Assembly: GCF_963921235.1 (NCBI RefSeq)
Contig: NC_086097.1
Span: 173,106,001 to 173,170,000 of the forward strand
DNA from: Mobula hypostoma
Lineage: Eukaryota
DNA: 64,000 nt
Direction of reading: 5' to 3'
The translations under genes were made by a program, and so were the position numbers. Below the pieces are notes generated by a model. The model saw only the letters and a program-made list of their open reading frames with translations, ran no database searches and had not been told where the DNA came from. Below are positions 37,328 through 49,607 of this stretch, in pieces. Within the stretch, counting starts at the first letter, position 1. Each line of letters opens with the position of its first letter.

Positions 37328-37806
37328 AGTCATAGTCATGGTCATACTTTATTGATCCCGGGGGAAATTGGTTTTCGTTACAATTGCACCATAATAATAA
37401 ATAGTAATAGAACCATAAATAGTTAAATAGTAGTATGTAAATTATGCCAGTGAATTATGAAATAAGTCCAGCACCAGCCTATTGGCTCAGGGAGTCTGAC
37501 CCTCCAAGGGAGGAGTTGTAAAGTTTGATGGCCACAGGCAGGAATGACTTCCTATGATGCTCTGTGTTGCAACTCGGTGGAATGAGTCTCTGGCTGAATG
37601 TACTCCTGTGCCCACCCAGTACATTATGTAGTGGATGGGAGACATTGTCCAAGATGGCATGCAACTTAAACAGCATCCTCTTTTCAGACAACACCGTGAG
37701 AGAGTCCAGTTCCATCCCACAACATCACTGGCCTTACGGATGAGTTTGTTGATTCTGTTGGTGTCTGCTACCCTCAGTCTGCTGTGGGTAGCAGACACCA
37801 ACAGAA
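37328..37806 (-). mobile_element. Rex1/Babar-type LINE 3' fragment with 21-bp 5' foldback
   Basis: Minus ORFs RINKLIRKAS and HPLH...KSFLPVAIKLYN; (TATGAC)n-like tail at about 37328-37346; 37753-37773 and 37786-37806 are exact reverse complements. Confidence 0.8.
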
Positions 37807-38301
37807 AGTGAGCTGAGCAAGCCTGAGGCTTACCAGGAGGCTACAGATACCTTCCGCTTGGACCACTGATGCATCCTTTCCTGCACTACACTCGCTATTG
37901 TGACTGGCCCCTTATGAATCCCCACTGAGCTTCACCCAATCACTTCAGTCTCCTTTAAGAAGAGTGAAAACAGCAGATTTAAAGGTAAAACAGATGATCC
38001 CCATTAACCAATATGAGTGCTAAGGAGGTGGAGATAGAAAAAGATTGATGGAATAGGAGGTGGGACTTCTGAACAAGTTGAACAGTAGGGAGAAAAGAAT
38101 GGATAAGCTACAAGGATAAAGGAGTAAATCAAGCCAACAAAGATGCTAGTTTCTAAATAAGTAGAGGAACAAAAATATCGGATTTCAAATCATGAGTACT
38201 TAAAATTATACAGTATCTAAAACCCCCTTCCATGTTAGAATTAAATCTTGCATAGAAAATGCACTAACTTGTAAATGGCTTCTCCAAATATATAATAAAA
38301 T

Positions 38302-38515
38302 CACAGACACAAGAGATTCTGCAGATGATGGAATCCTTGAGAAACACACACAAAATGCTGGAGGACCTCAGCAGCTCAGGTAGCATCTATGGAATGAACT
38401 AAATGGTCAATGTTTCAAGTCAAGAGAGAGGCCTGATGAAGTATCTCGGCTTGAAAAGTCGACTGTTATCTCCCTTCACAGATGCTGCCTGACAGTTCTT
38501 CCAGTATTTTGTATG
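38302..38515. mobile_element. Older palindromic family A-related element
   Basis: Full minus arm (gagattctgcagatg...cacaaaatgctggagg...gcatct) followed by a plus arm with decayed hammerhead cctgatgaagtatctcggcttgaaaagtcgactg. Similar older copies at about 39085-39250, 40005-40172, 41595-42090, 45305-45420 and 49425-49605. Confidence 0.7.
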
Positions 38516-39350
38516 CTTTATATACAATCTGTTACATTTACAATATATTCCAGAGAGTTTGGTACACTCAAAACAGGAGCCTAGATAATTTCATTGCTTG
38601 AAAAGGCACAGCGGACTAGTGAGTGTGGAGAGGCCAATGTGTGTCTCCTTGTAAAACTCTGCTGTACACAAAAGATTAGCCTCATTCAACTAAACACAGG
38701 CCATGAATAAACCAGCTGAGGAACTTGTAAATCATGGGTGCCTGGACTAAAGCTGAGAGTCGCAGTTAGAGAAATAAAGAAATAGATTTTCAGTCCAGAG
38801 TAATGGAAACCTCAAAGATTACTTCCAGGCTTTGGTAGGAATATCATCATCTGGGAGGACAGTTAGGGAGCTGTGGGATCAGCATGGGGCCAGGATCCAG
38901 TAGTAAAAGATCAGAGAAAACAGGGAGGATGATGGTACAAGGAATTAAATGGGCCCTACCTACAAGAGGCTACAAGCATATTTGGATTACCATTTGACCT
39001 TCCAAGTCATTAAAGACTCTCACCATTTGACACATGCCCTCTTTTTGTTACTAACACTGTGAGGTACAAGAGCCAGAAGTCATAAACACAAGAGTTTCTA
39101 CAGATGCTGAAAATCCAGAGTAACACGCACAAAATGCTGGAGGAACTCAGCAGGTCAGGCAGCATCTACGGAGAGGAACATCGACGGTTTATTTCTCTCC
39201 ATTGAAGCTGCCTGATTTGCAGAATTCCTCCAGAATTTTGTGTGTGTTGAACAGGAGCCAGAAGACTCACACTCAACATTTTAAGAACAGCTTCTTCCTC
39301 TCTGCCTTCAGATTTCTGAACAGTCAATGAATGCACGAATATTATCTCAT

Positions 39351-39536
39351 TATTCATTTTTTGCACTTTATGTTAATTTTCATAACTTATAGTAACTTTT
39401 ATGTCTTGTCCTGTACTTGTTGCAAAAAAACACATTTCACAACTATTCATTTTTTGCACTTTATGTTAATTTTCATAACTTATAGTAACTTTTATGTCTT
39501 GTCCTGTACTTGCTGCAAAAAAACACATTTCACAAC
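39351..39536. repeat. 93-bp tandem duplication (2 copies, 1 mismatch) in a Rex-type 3' UTR
   Basis: 39351-39443 is repeated at 39444-39536; only tgttgc versus tgctgc differs. Confidence 0.95.
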
Positions 39537-42207
39537 TTATGTCAGTAATAATAAACCTGATTCTGATTCTGATGCCAGCTCCCAGCAGAGAAATCCTGTC
39601 AGTTGCCAATTAAGCTACCAGCACATCTTTGTGAAGTGGGAGGAAACCAGAACATCAGGAAGACACCCATGCAGTCACAGGGAAATCACACTAACTCCAT
39701 ACAGACAACTAAGGTCATAATTGACTGCAGGTCCCTGCAGCCATGAGACCGCAGCAATTGCCGTGCCATCGATAAGTGCCATGGCAAATGCCCAAGACAT
39801 CCAAGTAAGTATTTTCCTTAAGCATGTGGATATGGAAACAATTTAAAAATCCTTAGCTGACGATATTGGAAAGACCGTATTTGATTTTGTGACTAGATAT
39901 TTCACACAGACATTGGGAGATACCTGGGATTTGCTGCCGGACCAGGTGATGGAATGAGTTAGCCATTCCAGTTAAGAGAGAATCAGATTGGCACTTAAAT
40001 AGCAAAAGCAAACTGCTGGAGGAAGTCAGCAAGCTAGGCAGCATCTGCAGAGGTTATTAGACTGTCAACATTTCAGGCTTGGCCTGTCCGTTTCCCTTCA
40101 CAGATTCTGCCTGAGATCATCCAGCAGTTTGTTTTTTGCTACAGATTTCAGCATCTGCAGTTCTGTGTGTCTTCAGGCACTTCAATAAACAAGGCACACA
40201 AGAATATGGCCTTAATGCAGGTGAATGGGATTAGTGTAGATGGTCAAGATGGTCATGGAGGTTGGTAGGGCCTGATTCTGTGCTGAACAATTCTATGACT
40301 CTACAAGATCTGTTTATATCTCTATTGTTACTTTTGCTCTGTCTAAAGTATTTTCTTCTTTAACTATGTGGACACAGTAATACCGTACTAATGCTGTGAA
40401 GAAATTATTAAACATTACCAGTGTTAACAAGATCCACTTGAATTGATCTCATAGGAAATGACAGAGCCATTAATAATTCTACAGAAGAAATTAAAGTGTT
40501 ATTCTATTTCCTATCTAATATTGTACAGGTGTATTTATATAACAGATGGCTCTATTTACATATAAGCACATAGCTTGGATTTCACACTCACATATGGGTT
40601 TTGCAACTTAGACTCAGTCCATAGATCAAGATCTTTGGGGAATAATTACAACTAATTCAAACTTGTGCATATCTGTAGCTGCCTGATCATTGGGTATTAC
40701 ACAGCAACTTACTAGACCAAGGGTCTTGCAGTCAACCATGTACTCTGGAACCCGAACAAAGGTGGCTTTATACTAAATTGTTTAAGTAATGGTTAGTTTT
40801 TAAAATTTGACCCCAAGCAACAACATTTGCAAGATTTATTAGTTCTGTCTTGTGCAATTATCCAGCATAAGTATTTAACGAAACAGTTATATATTTTAAT
40901 TGTTCCTTAGCCATGCTTCTTGGTAATGCAGGAACAGCAACATCAACAATTATCATTTCATCATTTATCATGTATCATTTTTTTGTTATAACACCATTAA
41001 TCTCCAAGCTATGTTCCAATAAACACACAGTGTATTTGAACTTTAAAAAGGGCAGTATACTCTGAGAAAGATATTTAAAACTATAATTTCCTACAATGGC
41101 ACTGTACAGGAAAGCACGTTCATCCTGGCCACTCAATCTTGGCTAACATAGACATTAGGGGCCAATAATAGGAACCTGAATGTGAAAAATCATACAGATT
41201 TGCCTTCGCCAAGCACAGCAGAAGTATGAAGAAAGGAGAAGTTGACTGATTTAAGAAAACATTTCCAAATAAAATCTGTGTAGATTATAAGTGTTATATA
41301 TGTGGTCAAAACCAGAGTGTCATTCTTTTACCATAATCCTTGATTAATTCTTTTACCTTAAATGTGTTACTGGCTATAAATACCTCTGGAATTAGTGTAT
41401 TTTAAACACACTATATTCTGTGTTCTATTTTTGTTTTCCCTTTGCTCTACCTCGATGTACTTGGTTATGGAATGATCACTCTAGTGGCATGCAACAAAAG
41501 CTTCTCGTTCTATCTGAGTACAGTACATGGGGCAATAATGAGCCAGTTCTGAATTACTTAAACACATTGCAGAGCTAACCCATGATGTGAGGCACAAGAG
41601 ACAGCAGATGATGGACCTTGAAGCACAGAATTAACTGCTACAATAACTCAGCAGGTCCTGAAATATCTGTAGAGGCAATGGGAGAGTTGATGTTTCAGGT
41701 CAAGACCTCATAACACATGCAGGAATTTGATTTAATTTGTGATATTAGGAGCCAGTTACACTACTTATTCTTTCATTTAAACGCTAAAAATTACACAAGC
41801 AGGAAATATAAAATAAAACAGAAAATGCTGGAGATATTTGGCAGATCGAGCAGCATCTGTGGCAAGAGTAACAGAATTAATAAAAGTAGAAAATGCTTGG
41901 AAACCTCAATAGATCAGCCAGCAATTGTGGGAAGAGTGACAAATTAATATTTCAGTCTGAGATCCTCTAAAGGCTCTAAAATGTTAATTGTTTTTCTTTT
42001 CACACATACTACCTGACCAACTGAGTTCTTCCAGTTTTCTGTTTTTGTCTCAGATTTCCAGCATCTGCCATTTCTATTTTTATTTTCAGAAAAACAGAGA
42101 TAATGTTTCAGGTCAATGTCAAAGGTTATTGACCTGAAGCACTGGGCAAACTAACACAGTTTCCCTAGAGATTGACTCCAGAGGGAAGGTAAATTAGCTG
42201 CAGCACA

Positions 42208-43400
42208 TCCATAAGACCATAACACATAAGAGACACAATAGGAGAATTAGCCCATTCAGCCCGTCAAGTCTGCTGCCATTCCAACATGACTGATTTATTA
42301 CCCCACTCAACCCCATTCTCCAGCCTTCTCCTTGTAACCTTTGACACTCTGATTAATCAAGAACCTATCAATCTCCACTTTAAATATATCTTATATAATA
42401 TGACTTGGCTTTCTCAACCATCTGTGCTAGGTTCAATACTCTCTGGCTAAAGAAATTCTTCCTCATCTCTGTTCTAAATGAACTTCCCGCTATTCTGAGG
42501 CTGTGCCCTCTGGTCCTAGACTCCCATACTATAGGAAACATCCTCTCCACATCCACTCTACCTAGGCCTTTCAATATTTGATAGGTTTCAATGAGATTTC
42601 CCCCGCGTTCTTCTAAACTTCAAAAAATACAAGCCCAGAACCATCAAATGCTCTTCGTACATTATTAACCCTTTCATTCCCAGAATCATTCTCGTGAACC
42701 TCCTCTGGACCTTCTCCAATGCCAGCACATTTTTCTAAGATAAAGGGCCCAAAACAGCTCACAATGCTCCTAGTGTAGTGTAGTCTTAGCAATGCTTTAT
42801 AAGTCTCAGCATTACATCCTTGCTTTTTATTCCCTGTTTAGAAAATAGTCCATGCCTTTATTCCTCCTACCAAACTGCATGGCTGTACATTTTCCCACAC
42901 TATATTCCATCTGCCACTTCTTTGCCCATTTTCCCAATCTGTTGAAGTCCTTTACAGACTCCCTGCTTCCTCAACAGTAACTGCATCCCCACCTTTCTTT
43001 ATATCATCCGCAAACCTGGCCATAAAGCCATCAATTCTGTCATCCAAATCAGTGATATACAATGTGAAAAGAAGTGGTCCCAACACAGACCCCTGTGGAA
43101 CACCACTAGTCACTGGCAGCCAGCTAGAAAAGCCCCCCTTTATTCCCACTCTTTGCCTCCTGCCAGTCAGCCAATCTTCTATCCATGCTGGGAACTTTCT
43201 GTAATACCATGGGCTTTTATATTGTTAAGCAGCATTATGTGTGGCAACTTGTCAAAGGCCTTCCGAAAATCCAAATATAGAACATCCACTGACTTTCCTT
43301 TCCTGCTTGATATTTCCTCAAAGAATTCCAACAGATTTATCAGGCATGATTTCTCCTTAGGAAACGTGCTGACTTTGGCCTATTTTGTCATGTGCATTTA
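42208..43400 (-). mobile_element. Degraded CR1 RT and 3' end
   Basis: Minus ORFs GVPQGSVLGPLLFTLYI..FADD and RTRGHSLRI..FRTEMRKNFFSQRV; 3' UTR and tail at about 42208-42350. Confidence 0.85.
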
Positions 43401-44289
43401 AATAAACAAATAGATAAATAAATAAATAAATTCTGTATCCAAGGCTGTTAAACAGGCACATGTTCCTACGCTGTACTGTTCTATGTTCTATATTCTACCT
43501 AATATTTGCATCAAGGATGAGGTGAAAGTCAGATATCACCATTCTGTTGTTGTACTCAGCCACAAGTCTAGGGCTGAAGTAGCACTCAGCTTTATGCATG
43601 AAATACATAGAGCTTACCTTGATTGGAAGGATTCTGTTTATTTCCCCAACTGCCTTTGGGTGACACAAGTAATTTCTACTTTTGCCAAAATCCAGTGACT
43701 CACTTTGCATAATCTTTTTCATGGTTACTTTAATCTCTAGTACATAATAATGTTTTAAGAACTTTTTTACAATATTTTTTAGTATCAGAGAGAATTATAG
43801 AATCATAGAACAACATGGAAACAAGGCCCTTTGGTCCTCCTTACTCATGTTGACCATGTTGCCCATGTCCCTCTAAGCCTTTCTTTATCCTTGTCCTTAT
43901 GTTTTTTTACTTGTTTAAATAAGTTCAAAAATTCTCACATTAGTGACAGCAGTCTACAGAAGCAGAGTCACAGGAAATGATTCCCATGGCTCAGTAACAG
44001 CTTACAGACCAACGCACTTGGTAAAAAACCAAGATCTCTGTGCCTTTCTGGATTTACTGATGACTGATCCGTATTTATATAATACACAATAGTATTTTGC
44101 ATTTTGATAATTCTCATTAAACAAAGACAATGTGTGTCTCTCTGTCATTTCAATGTCTGCCCCTCAGTCTATTTCTGTTCTCGTATAAAGATTCCCAAAC
44201 TTGTTCAGTCGTTCCTGACTGGTGTTGTTCCTGTGAGGTACTCACTACTGTTGGTGGAGTCCTTTAGAAATATCTGAACTTTATCAAGA

Positions 44290-44785
44290 TCCTCAATGAT
44301 CATGGAAAAGGGGCAGGAAAGATTCATGATAATATTACCAGGACTGGAAGGTTTGAATAATGAGAAGAGGCTGGAAAGGCTAGAACATTTTTCCTTGGAG
44401 CAGAGGGAGCAGGAAGATGACATGTTGAGAAGTATAAAATCATGCTGAGCAAAAATAAAATGAATGGTCACAATGCTATACCTAGAGCAGGAGAGTCTAA
44501 ATTAGATAGTATAGGTTTAAGATGAGAGAGGAAAGATTTAAAAGGGACTTAAGAGGAAACTTTTTCCCACAGGTAGTGGTAATCTGAAACAACCTGCTCG
44601 TGCTATGCACAAATTATAATGTTTAAAACACATTTGAACAGTACATGAATAAAAAAAGGTTTAGAGGGTTATAGGTGAAATGTGGGCAAATGGGACAATT
44701 CAAATAGACATTTTGGTTTGCATGGATGAGTTGAGCCAAATGAGCCTGCTTCCATGTTATATACAGTAACTCCATGACTCTATGA
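44290..44785 (+). mobile_element. Old CR1 3' fragment
   Basis: RF..ILPGLEGL..EKRLERL..FSLEQR remnants; tail ccatgactctatga. Confidence 0.7.
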
Positions 44786-45423
44786 CCAATAAACAGGTTT
44801 CTTTGGAATCCATTTTCTAATCTTCTGCTGACTGGTTTAGAACTGAAATGATGGCCTACCTCCTAATTACTTCTAGAACATGAATGTACAGACTTAAGGA
44901 AGAAATCAAAAACGTGGCAGCCAATATGTCAAGAAATCTTGACACACAGAAGACATTGCCATAAGCTGTATCACCACAAGTTCTCTCAGCTCATATATAG
45001 TACATCCTAAACTTTAATAGTTACATTATTCAAAGCCTTTAGTTATTGTCAGGTTACCAAATTATCATTTACTAGGTAATTATCAATCTACTAGGCAGTG
45101 CATAAGCATACAATGAATTTACTTTTGATCAGTGGGTGGAAAGGCTTCAGCCACGCATGGTATACATAGATTTTGAGATCCTATCATCCTATGCTTGCCC
45201 CATGACTTGTACGGTTCTAGACCTGACACTTAAGGAAAAGGATTAGGGACTTAAGTTATCTAGGAAGCACAGAAATAGACAGACAATATCAAAAATATTC
45301 AATACCAGTCCTTTGACCTGAGATGTTAACTATGTTTCCCTTTCTAAAGATGCTGCCTCACTTGCTGACTGTTGCTGGCATTTTCTATTTTCATTATAGA
45401 TTTATAACATCTGCAGGATTTTA

Positions 45424-47017
45424 CAGTGGCATGTAAAAGTTTGGGCACCCCTGGTCAAAATTTCTGTTACTGTGAATAGCTAAGCGAGTAAAAGATGACC
45501 TGATTTCCAAAAGGCATAAAGTTAAAGATGACACACTTCTTTAATATTTTAAGCAAGATTACTTTTTTATTTCCATCTTTTACAGTTTCAAAATAACAAA
45601 AAAGGATAAGGGCCTGAAGCAAAAGTTTGGGCACCCTGCATGGTCAGTACTTAGTAACACCCCCTTTGGCAAGTATCACAGCTTGTAAACGCTTTCTGCA
45701 GCCAGCTAAGAGTCTTTCAACTCCTGTTTGGGGGATTTTCGCCCATTCTTCCTTGTAAAAGGCTTCTAGTTCTGAGAGATTCTTGGGCTGTCTTGCATGC
45801 ACTGCTCTTTTGAGGTCTATCCACAGATTTTCGATGATGTTTAGGTCGGGGGACTGTGAGGCCCATGGCAAAACTTTCAGCTTGTGCCTCTTGAGGTAGT
45901 CCATTGTGGATGTTGAGCTGTATTTAGGATCATTATCCTGTTGTAGAAGCCATCCTCTTTTCATCTTCAGCTTTTTTACAGATGGTGTGATGTTTGCTTC
46001 CAGAATTTGCTGGTATTTAATTGAATTAATTCTTCCCTCTACCAGTGAAATGTTCCCTGTGCCACTGGCTGCAACACAAGCCCAAAGCATGATCGATCCA
46101 CCCCCGTGCTTAACAGTTGGAGAGGGGTTCTTTTCATGAAATTCTGCACCCTTTTTTCTCCAAACATACCTTCGCTCATTGCGGCCAAAAAGTTCTATTT
46201 TAACTTCATCAGTCCACAGGACTTGTTTCCAAAGTGCATCAGGCTTGCTTAGATGTTCCTTTGCAAACTTCTGACACTGAATTTTGTGGTGAGGACGCAG
46301 GAAAGGTTTTCTTCTAATGACTCTTCCATGAAGGTCATATTTGTGCAGGTGTCACTGCACAGCAGAACAGTGCACCACCACTCCAGAGTCTGCTAAATCT
46401 TCCTGAAGGTCCTTTGCTCGTAGCCTTTCTAGCAATCCTACGAGCAGTTCTCTCGGAAAGTTTTCTTCATCTTCCAGACCTCCACCAGTCCTGTTAACTG
46501 CCATTTCTTAATTACATTATGAACTGAGGAAACGGCCACCTGAAAATGCTTTGCTATCTTCTTATAGCCTTCTCCTGCTTTGTGGGCATCATTTATTTTA
46601 ATTTTCAGAGTGGTAGGCAGCTGCTTAGAGGAGCCCATGGCTGCTGATTGTTGGGACAAGGTTTGAGGAGTCAGCGTATTTATAAAGCTTTGAAATTTGC
46701 ATCACCTGGCCTTTCCTAACGATGATTGTGAACAAGCCATAGCTCTAACAAGCTAATTAAGGTCTGAGACCTTGGTAAAAGTTATCTGAGAGCTCAAATC
46801 TCTTTGAGTGCCCAAACTTCTGCATGGTGCTCCTTTCCTTTTTTTCACTCTAAAATTGTAAAAAACAAAAATAATACAATAATCTTGCTTAAAATGTTGA
46901 AAAGAATGTGTCATCTTTAACTTTATGACTTTTGGAGATCAGTTCAACTTCTACTCACTTAACTATTCACAGTAACAGAAATTTTGACCGGGGTGCCCAA
47001 ACTTTTGCATGCCACTC
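45424..47017 (-). mobile_element. Tc1-family DNA transposon, IR/DR type, DD34E transposase pseudogene
   Basis: TA TSD at both ends; about 220-bp TIRs starting CAGTGGCATG(T/C)AAAAGTTTGGGCACCCC, each with an inner direct repeat (about 45621 and 46806). Transposase on minus about 46638-45644: paired-like N-terminus (GEGYKKIAKHFQV), VLWTDE, QQDNDPK, SPDLNIIENLW, with 34 residues between the second D and E; frameshifted in the N-terminal half. Confidence 0.95.
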
Positions 47018-47024
47018 TAATATA

Positions 47025-47447
47025 CTACTGGAGAGACCAGGTTTGTTCTCCTTGTAACTGAGGAGGTTGTGAGGAGAGTTCGCAGCTATGTAAAATCACA
47101 AAGGTAACAGACACAGTAGATAGGAAAAAACTGTTCTCGTTAACGTAAGGTCGAGAACAAAGAGGCACAGAGTGAAGGTGACTAAGAAAGAAGTAAAACT
47201 AACATGAGGAATTACTTTTTTTACACAGCCAGTGGTTAGGGTGTGGAATGCGCTGCAGGGGGAGCAGAGGAAGCAGATACAATTATAGCATCCAAAAGGG
47301 AGATGGATAAGTATTTGGAAGGAAAGAATTCACAAGGATACAGAGAGAGGCCAAGTGAGTGGGATAAGTGAGATTGATGTAACATGGAACTGATACAGAC
47401 TTGATGGGCTGAATGATCTCCTTCCACACTATAACCATTCCAACTCT
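47025..47447 (+). mobile_element. Old CR1 3' fragment
   Basis: RTRGTE..., FTQPVVRVWNAL remnants and a CR1-like 3' UTR. Confidence 0.65.
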
Positions 47448-48450
47448 AATTAAACATAGACAAAAGCCATATTTTCTTCAAAACACATTTCTAAAATGAT
47501 GAACAGAAAGGATTTAGCCCAACACTTGCAAAAACCACATCCTTCCCCCAGCACCCAGTAGCAGATCCCAGCTCAGTTTCAGTAAATGGATACAGCTCAC
47601 ATTACAGCTATTGTTACATCTGCAAATTATTACCTGCACTGTAATTTTACCACAAAGCATTTGAAACTGCAAACAAGATAATACAATTCAAATAAAATGA
47701 AAGAAACCTGAGACTAGGGAGTTACAGATTGCTCTCATATAATGATTTTGTACACTTCTGACATTAAGGATATTTTGATGTTGTTGTGTACATCTTTATT
47801 AATTTAAAACAGCAAATAATAAGGCAGATAACCTAACCGTAGTTCCTTTTACTCAAACATTGAAAATGCTTGAAATAACATGCAGAATGACCATTCAGTC
47901 CACAGGCATGGGCTTTCAGTTTACAAGAGAGAACTTTATTATTTTCTATAATACAGTAAAGTACAGCAGCACAACATTTACCCCGACTAGACGCTGCAAA
48001 GCACTGTGAAGACAGCTGATATCACTTTTCATTCTAGTTTCCCTCTTGTGCATATCAGACATTAATTTTGTTTTATTTGGTTATTTTGAAATTTTAGTGG
48101 CATTCTCTTTCAGACTCTTTTTGATTTAATCTAACACAAAACAGATCTTCAGCATTAAGTAATTTTAAAAAAATACAAAGTCAAAATGTGGGAATAATAT
48201 CAACCTTTTTTTGGTATATATAATTAGACTAAAATTTTGGAAATATATTTAAAGAATAACTAAAGCAAAAATATCAACTGGGGCAGTGAGCATAAGCAGA
48301 GCAGCAATTTGAAGCATTACAGTATCAATAACGTGCAGAGGATTTTTCAACTCAAACAACAGGAATTCTGCAGATGCTGGAAATTCAAGCAACACACATC
48401 AAAGTTGCTGGTGAACGCAGCAGGCCAAGCAGCATCTATAGGAAGAGGCG

Positions 48451-48488
48451 CAGTCGACGTTTCAGGCCGAGACCCTTCGTCAGGACTA
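48451..48488 (-). ncRNA. Minimal type I hammerhead motif, sense to VPS13B pre-mRNA
   Basis: Reverse complement reads UAGUC CUGACGA A GGGUCUCGGCCU GAA ACGU C GACUG; all core nucleotides are present. Confidence 0.72.
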
Positions 48489-48524
48489 ACTGAAGGAAAC
48501 TGAAGGACTAACTCTTCCTTCAGT

Positions 48525-48562
48525 TAGTCCTGACGAAGGGTCTCGGCCTGAAACGTCGACTG
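48525..48562 (+). ncRNA. Minimal type I hammerhead motif (mirror copy)
   Basis: Identical sequence on the plus strand; predicted cut after C48557. Confidence 0.72.
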
Positions 48563-49607
48563 CGCCTCTTCCTATAGATTTTTCAACTAACTGTTTCATT
48601 TTTTAATTAAAACTTTCATCATATGCATTGATTATGAATGAACAGCATATGGTAACTCTGAACCATCACCTCTTTCAAATCCCCTATCCAGTGGTGCTGC
48701 CCATTCTCAAACCCTGAATTCTACTTCTTCCATTCTGTCACTTTAGCATTTCTTTTTACACTACCACACTTTGCCAACTGATATATTTTGCACCATTCCA
48801 TTGTTCCTGCACTCATCCCTGTATTTATTGCCGTATTCATTATTACCACTTGCTCTGTTTACAATGTGAGCTTCATGTGAGAAACAAAATTTCATTGCAT
48901 TCTGGTGTACATGACAATAAATAATATGAATCCAATCTGAATGATAATAGCAGCTCTGTTCATCTGAACTTCTCCATGGTTATGGGGATTTATGGTTAAA
49001 ATTAAGACACAGAAGCAAAGTTAAATGACACTCATAAAAGCCAAGTAAAGTAAATGATCATCAAGAAAGTGAAAAGGGGAAAAGCTGGGAGAATTTACTC
49101 GACAAAAAAAAGCTTGAAAGTATTCAATTACCAGTCCACGTTTGTGAAATGCAAGACTGAAACTTCAATTTATGATGGAATTCAAAATATTCCTCACTGG
49201 ATAGGCTTTAAGATCTTATCATGGTAATAAACCAACTGGACAGTCACGAACATTAAAAAATTAAGACATCTTCCACTACTTCTGAGCAGGTCTTTACATA
49301 TATTTTAGGCACACTACTTACAAGACAGGAACTGGATGAAACCTACAACACCCTGAGTATGAAAGTCAGAAGGGGCTGTGAACATGTTACTTAACCCCGA
49401 GTTTCTGCAGTAATTGAAATTAAAAAAGGTAGATGCTAAAAATATGAAAAAAATACAGAAAATGCCAGAAGTATTCAGTAGATCAGGCAGCACCTTGCAG
49501 AGAGAAACAATAAACAGTTCAAGTGAAAGGTAATTAAATATGTGGCATGAACTCTGTGTCTCTCCACAGATGCTGAATGACCTGCTAGATATGGTTTGTT
49601 TCTATTA

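Larger units (their letters stand above)
36416..37845. mobile_element. Solo LTR (ERV1- or Gypsy-type) carrying two nested insertions
   Basis: TGTA...TACA termini with 4-bp TSD gata (36412-36415, 37846-37849); CpG-richer than flanks; about 730 bp after removing the inserts at 36465-36680 and about 37328-37806. Confidence 0.65.
48353..48576. mobile_element. Young palindromic family A element with two intact hammerhead motifs
   Basis: 12-bp TSD gatttttcaact at 48341-48352 and 48577-48588; perfect arms about 48434-48498 and 48515-48579; spacer contains a duplicated actgaagga. Confidence 0.9.
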
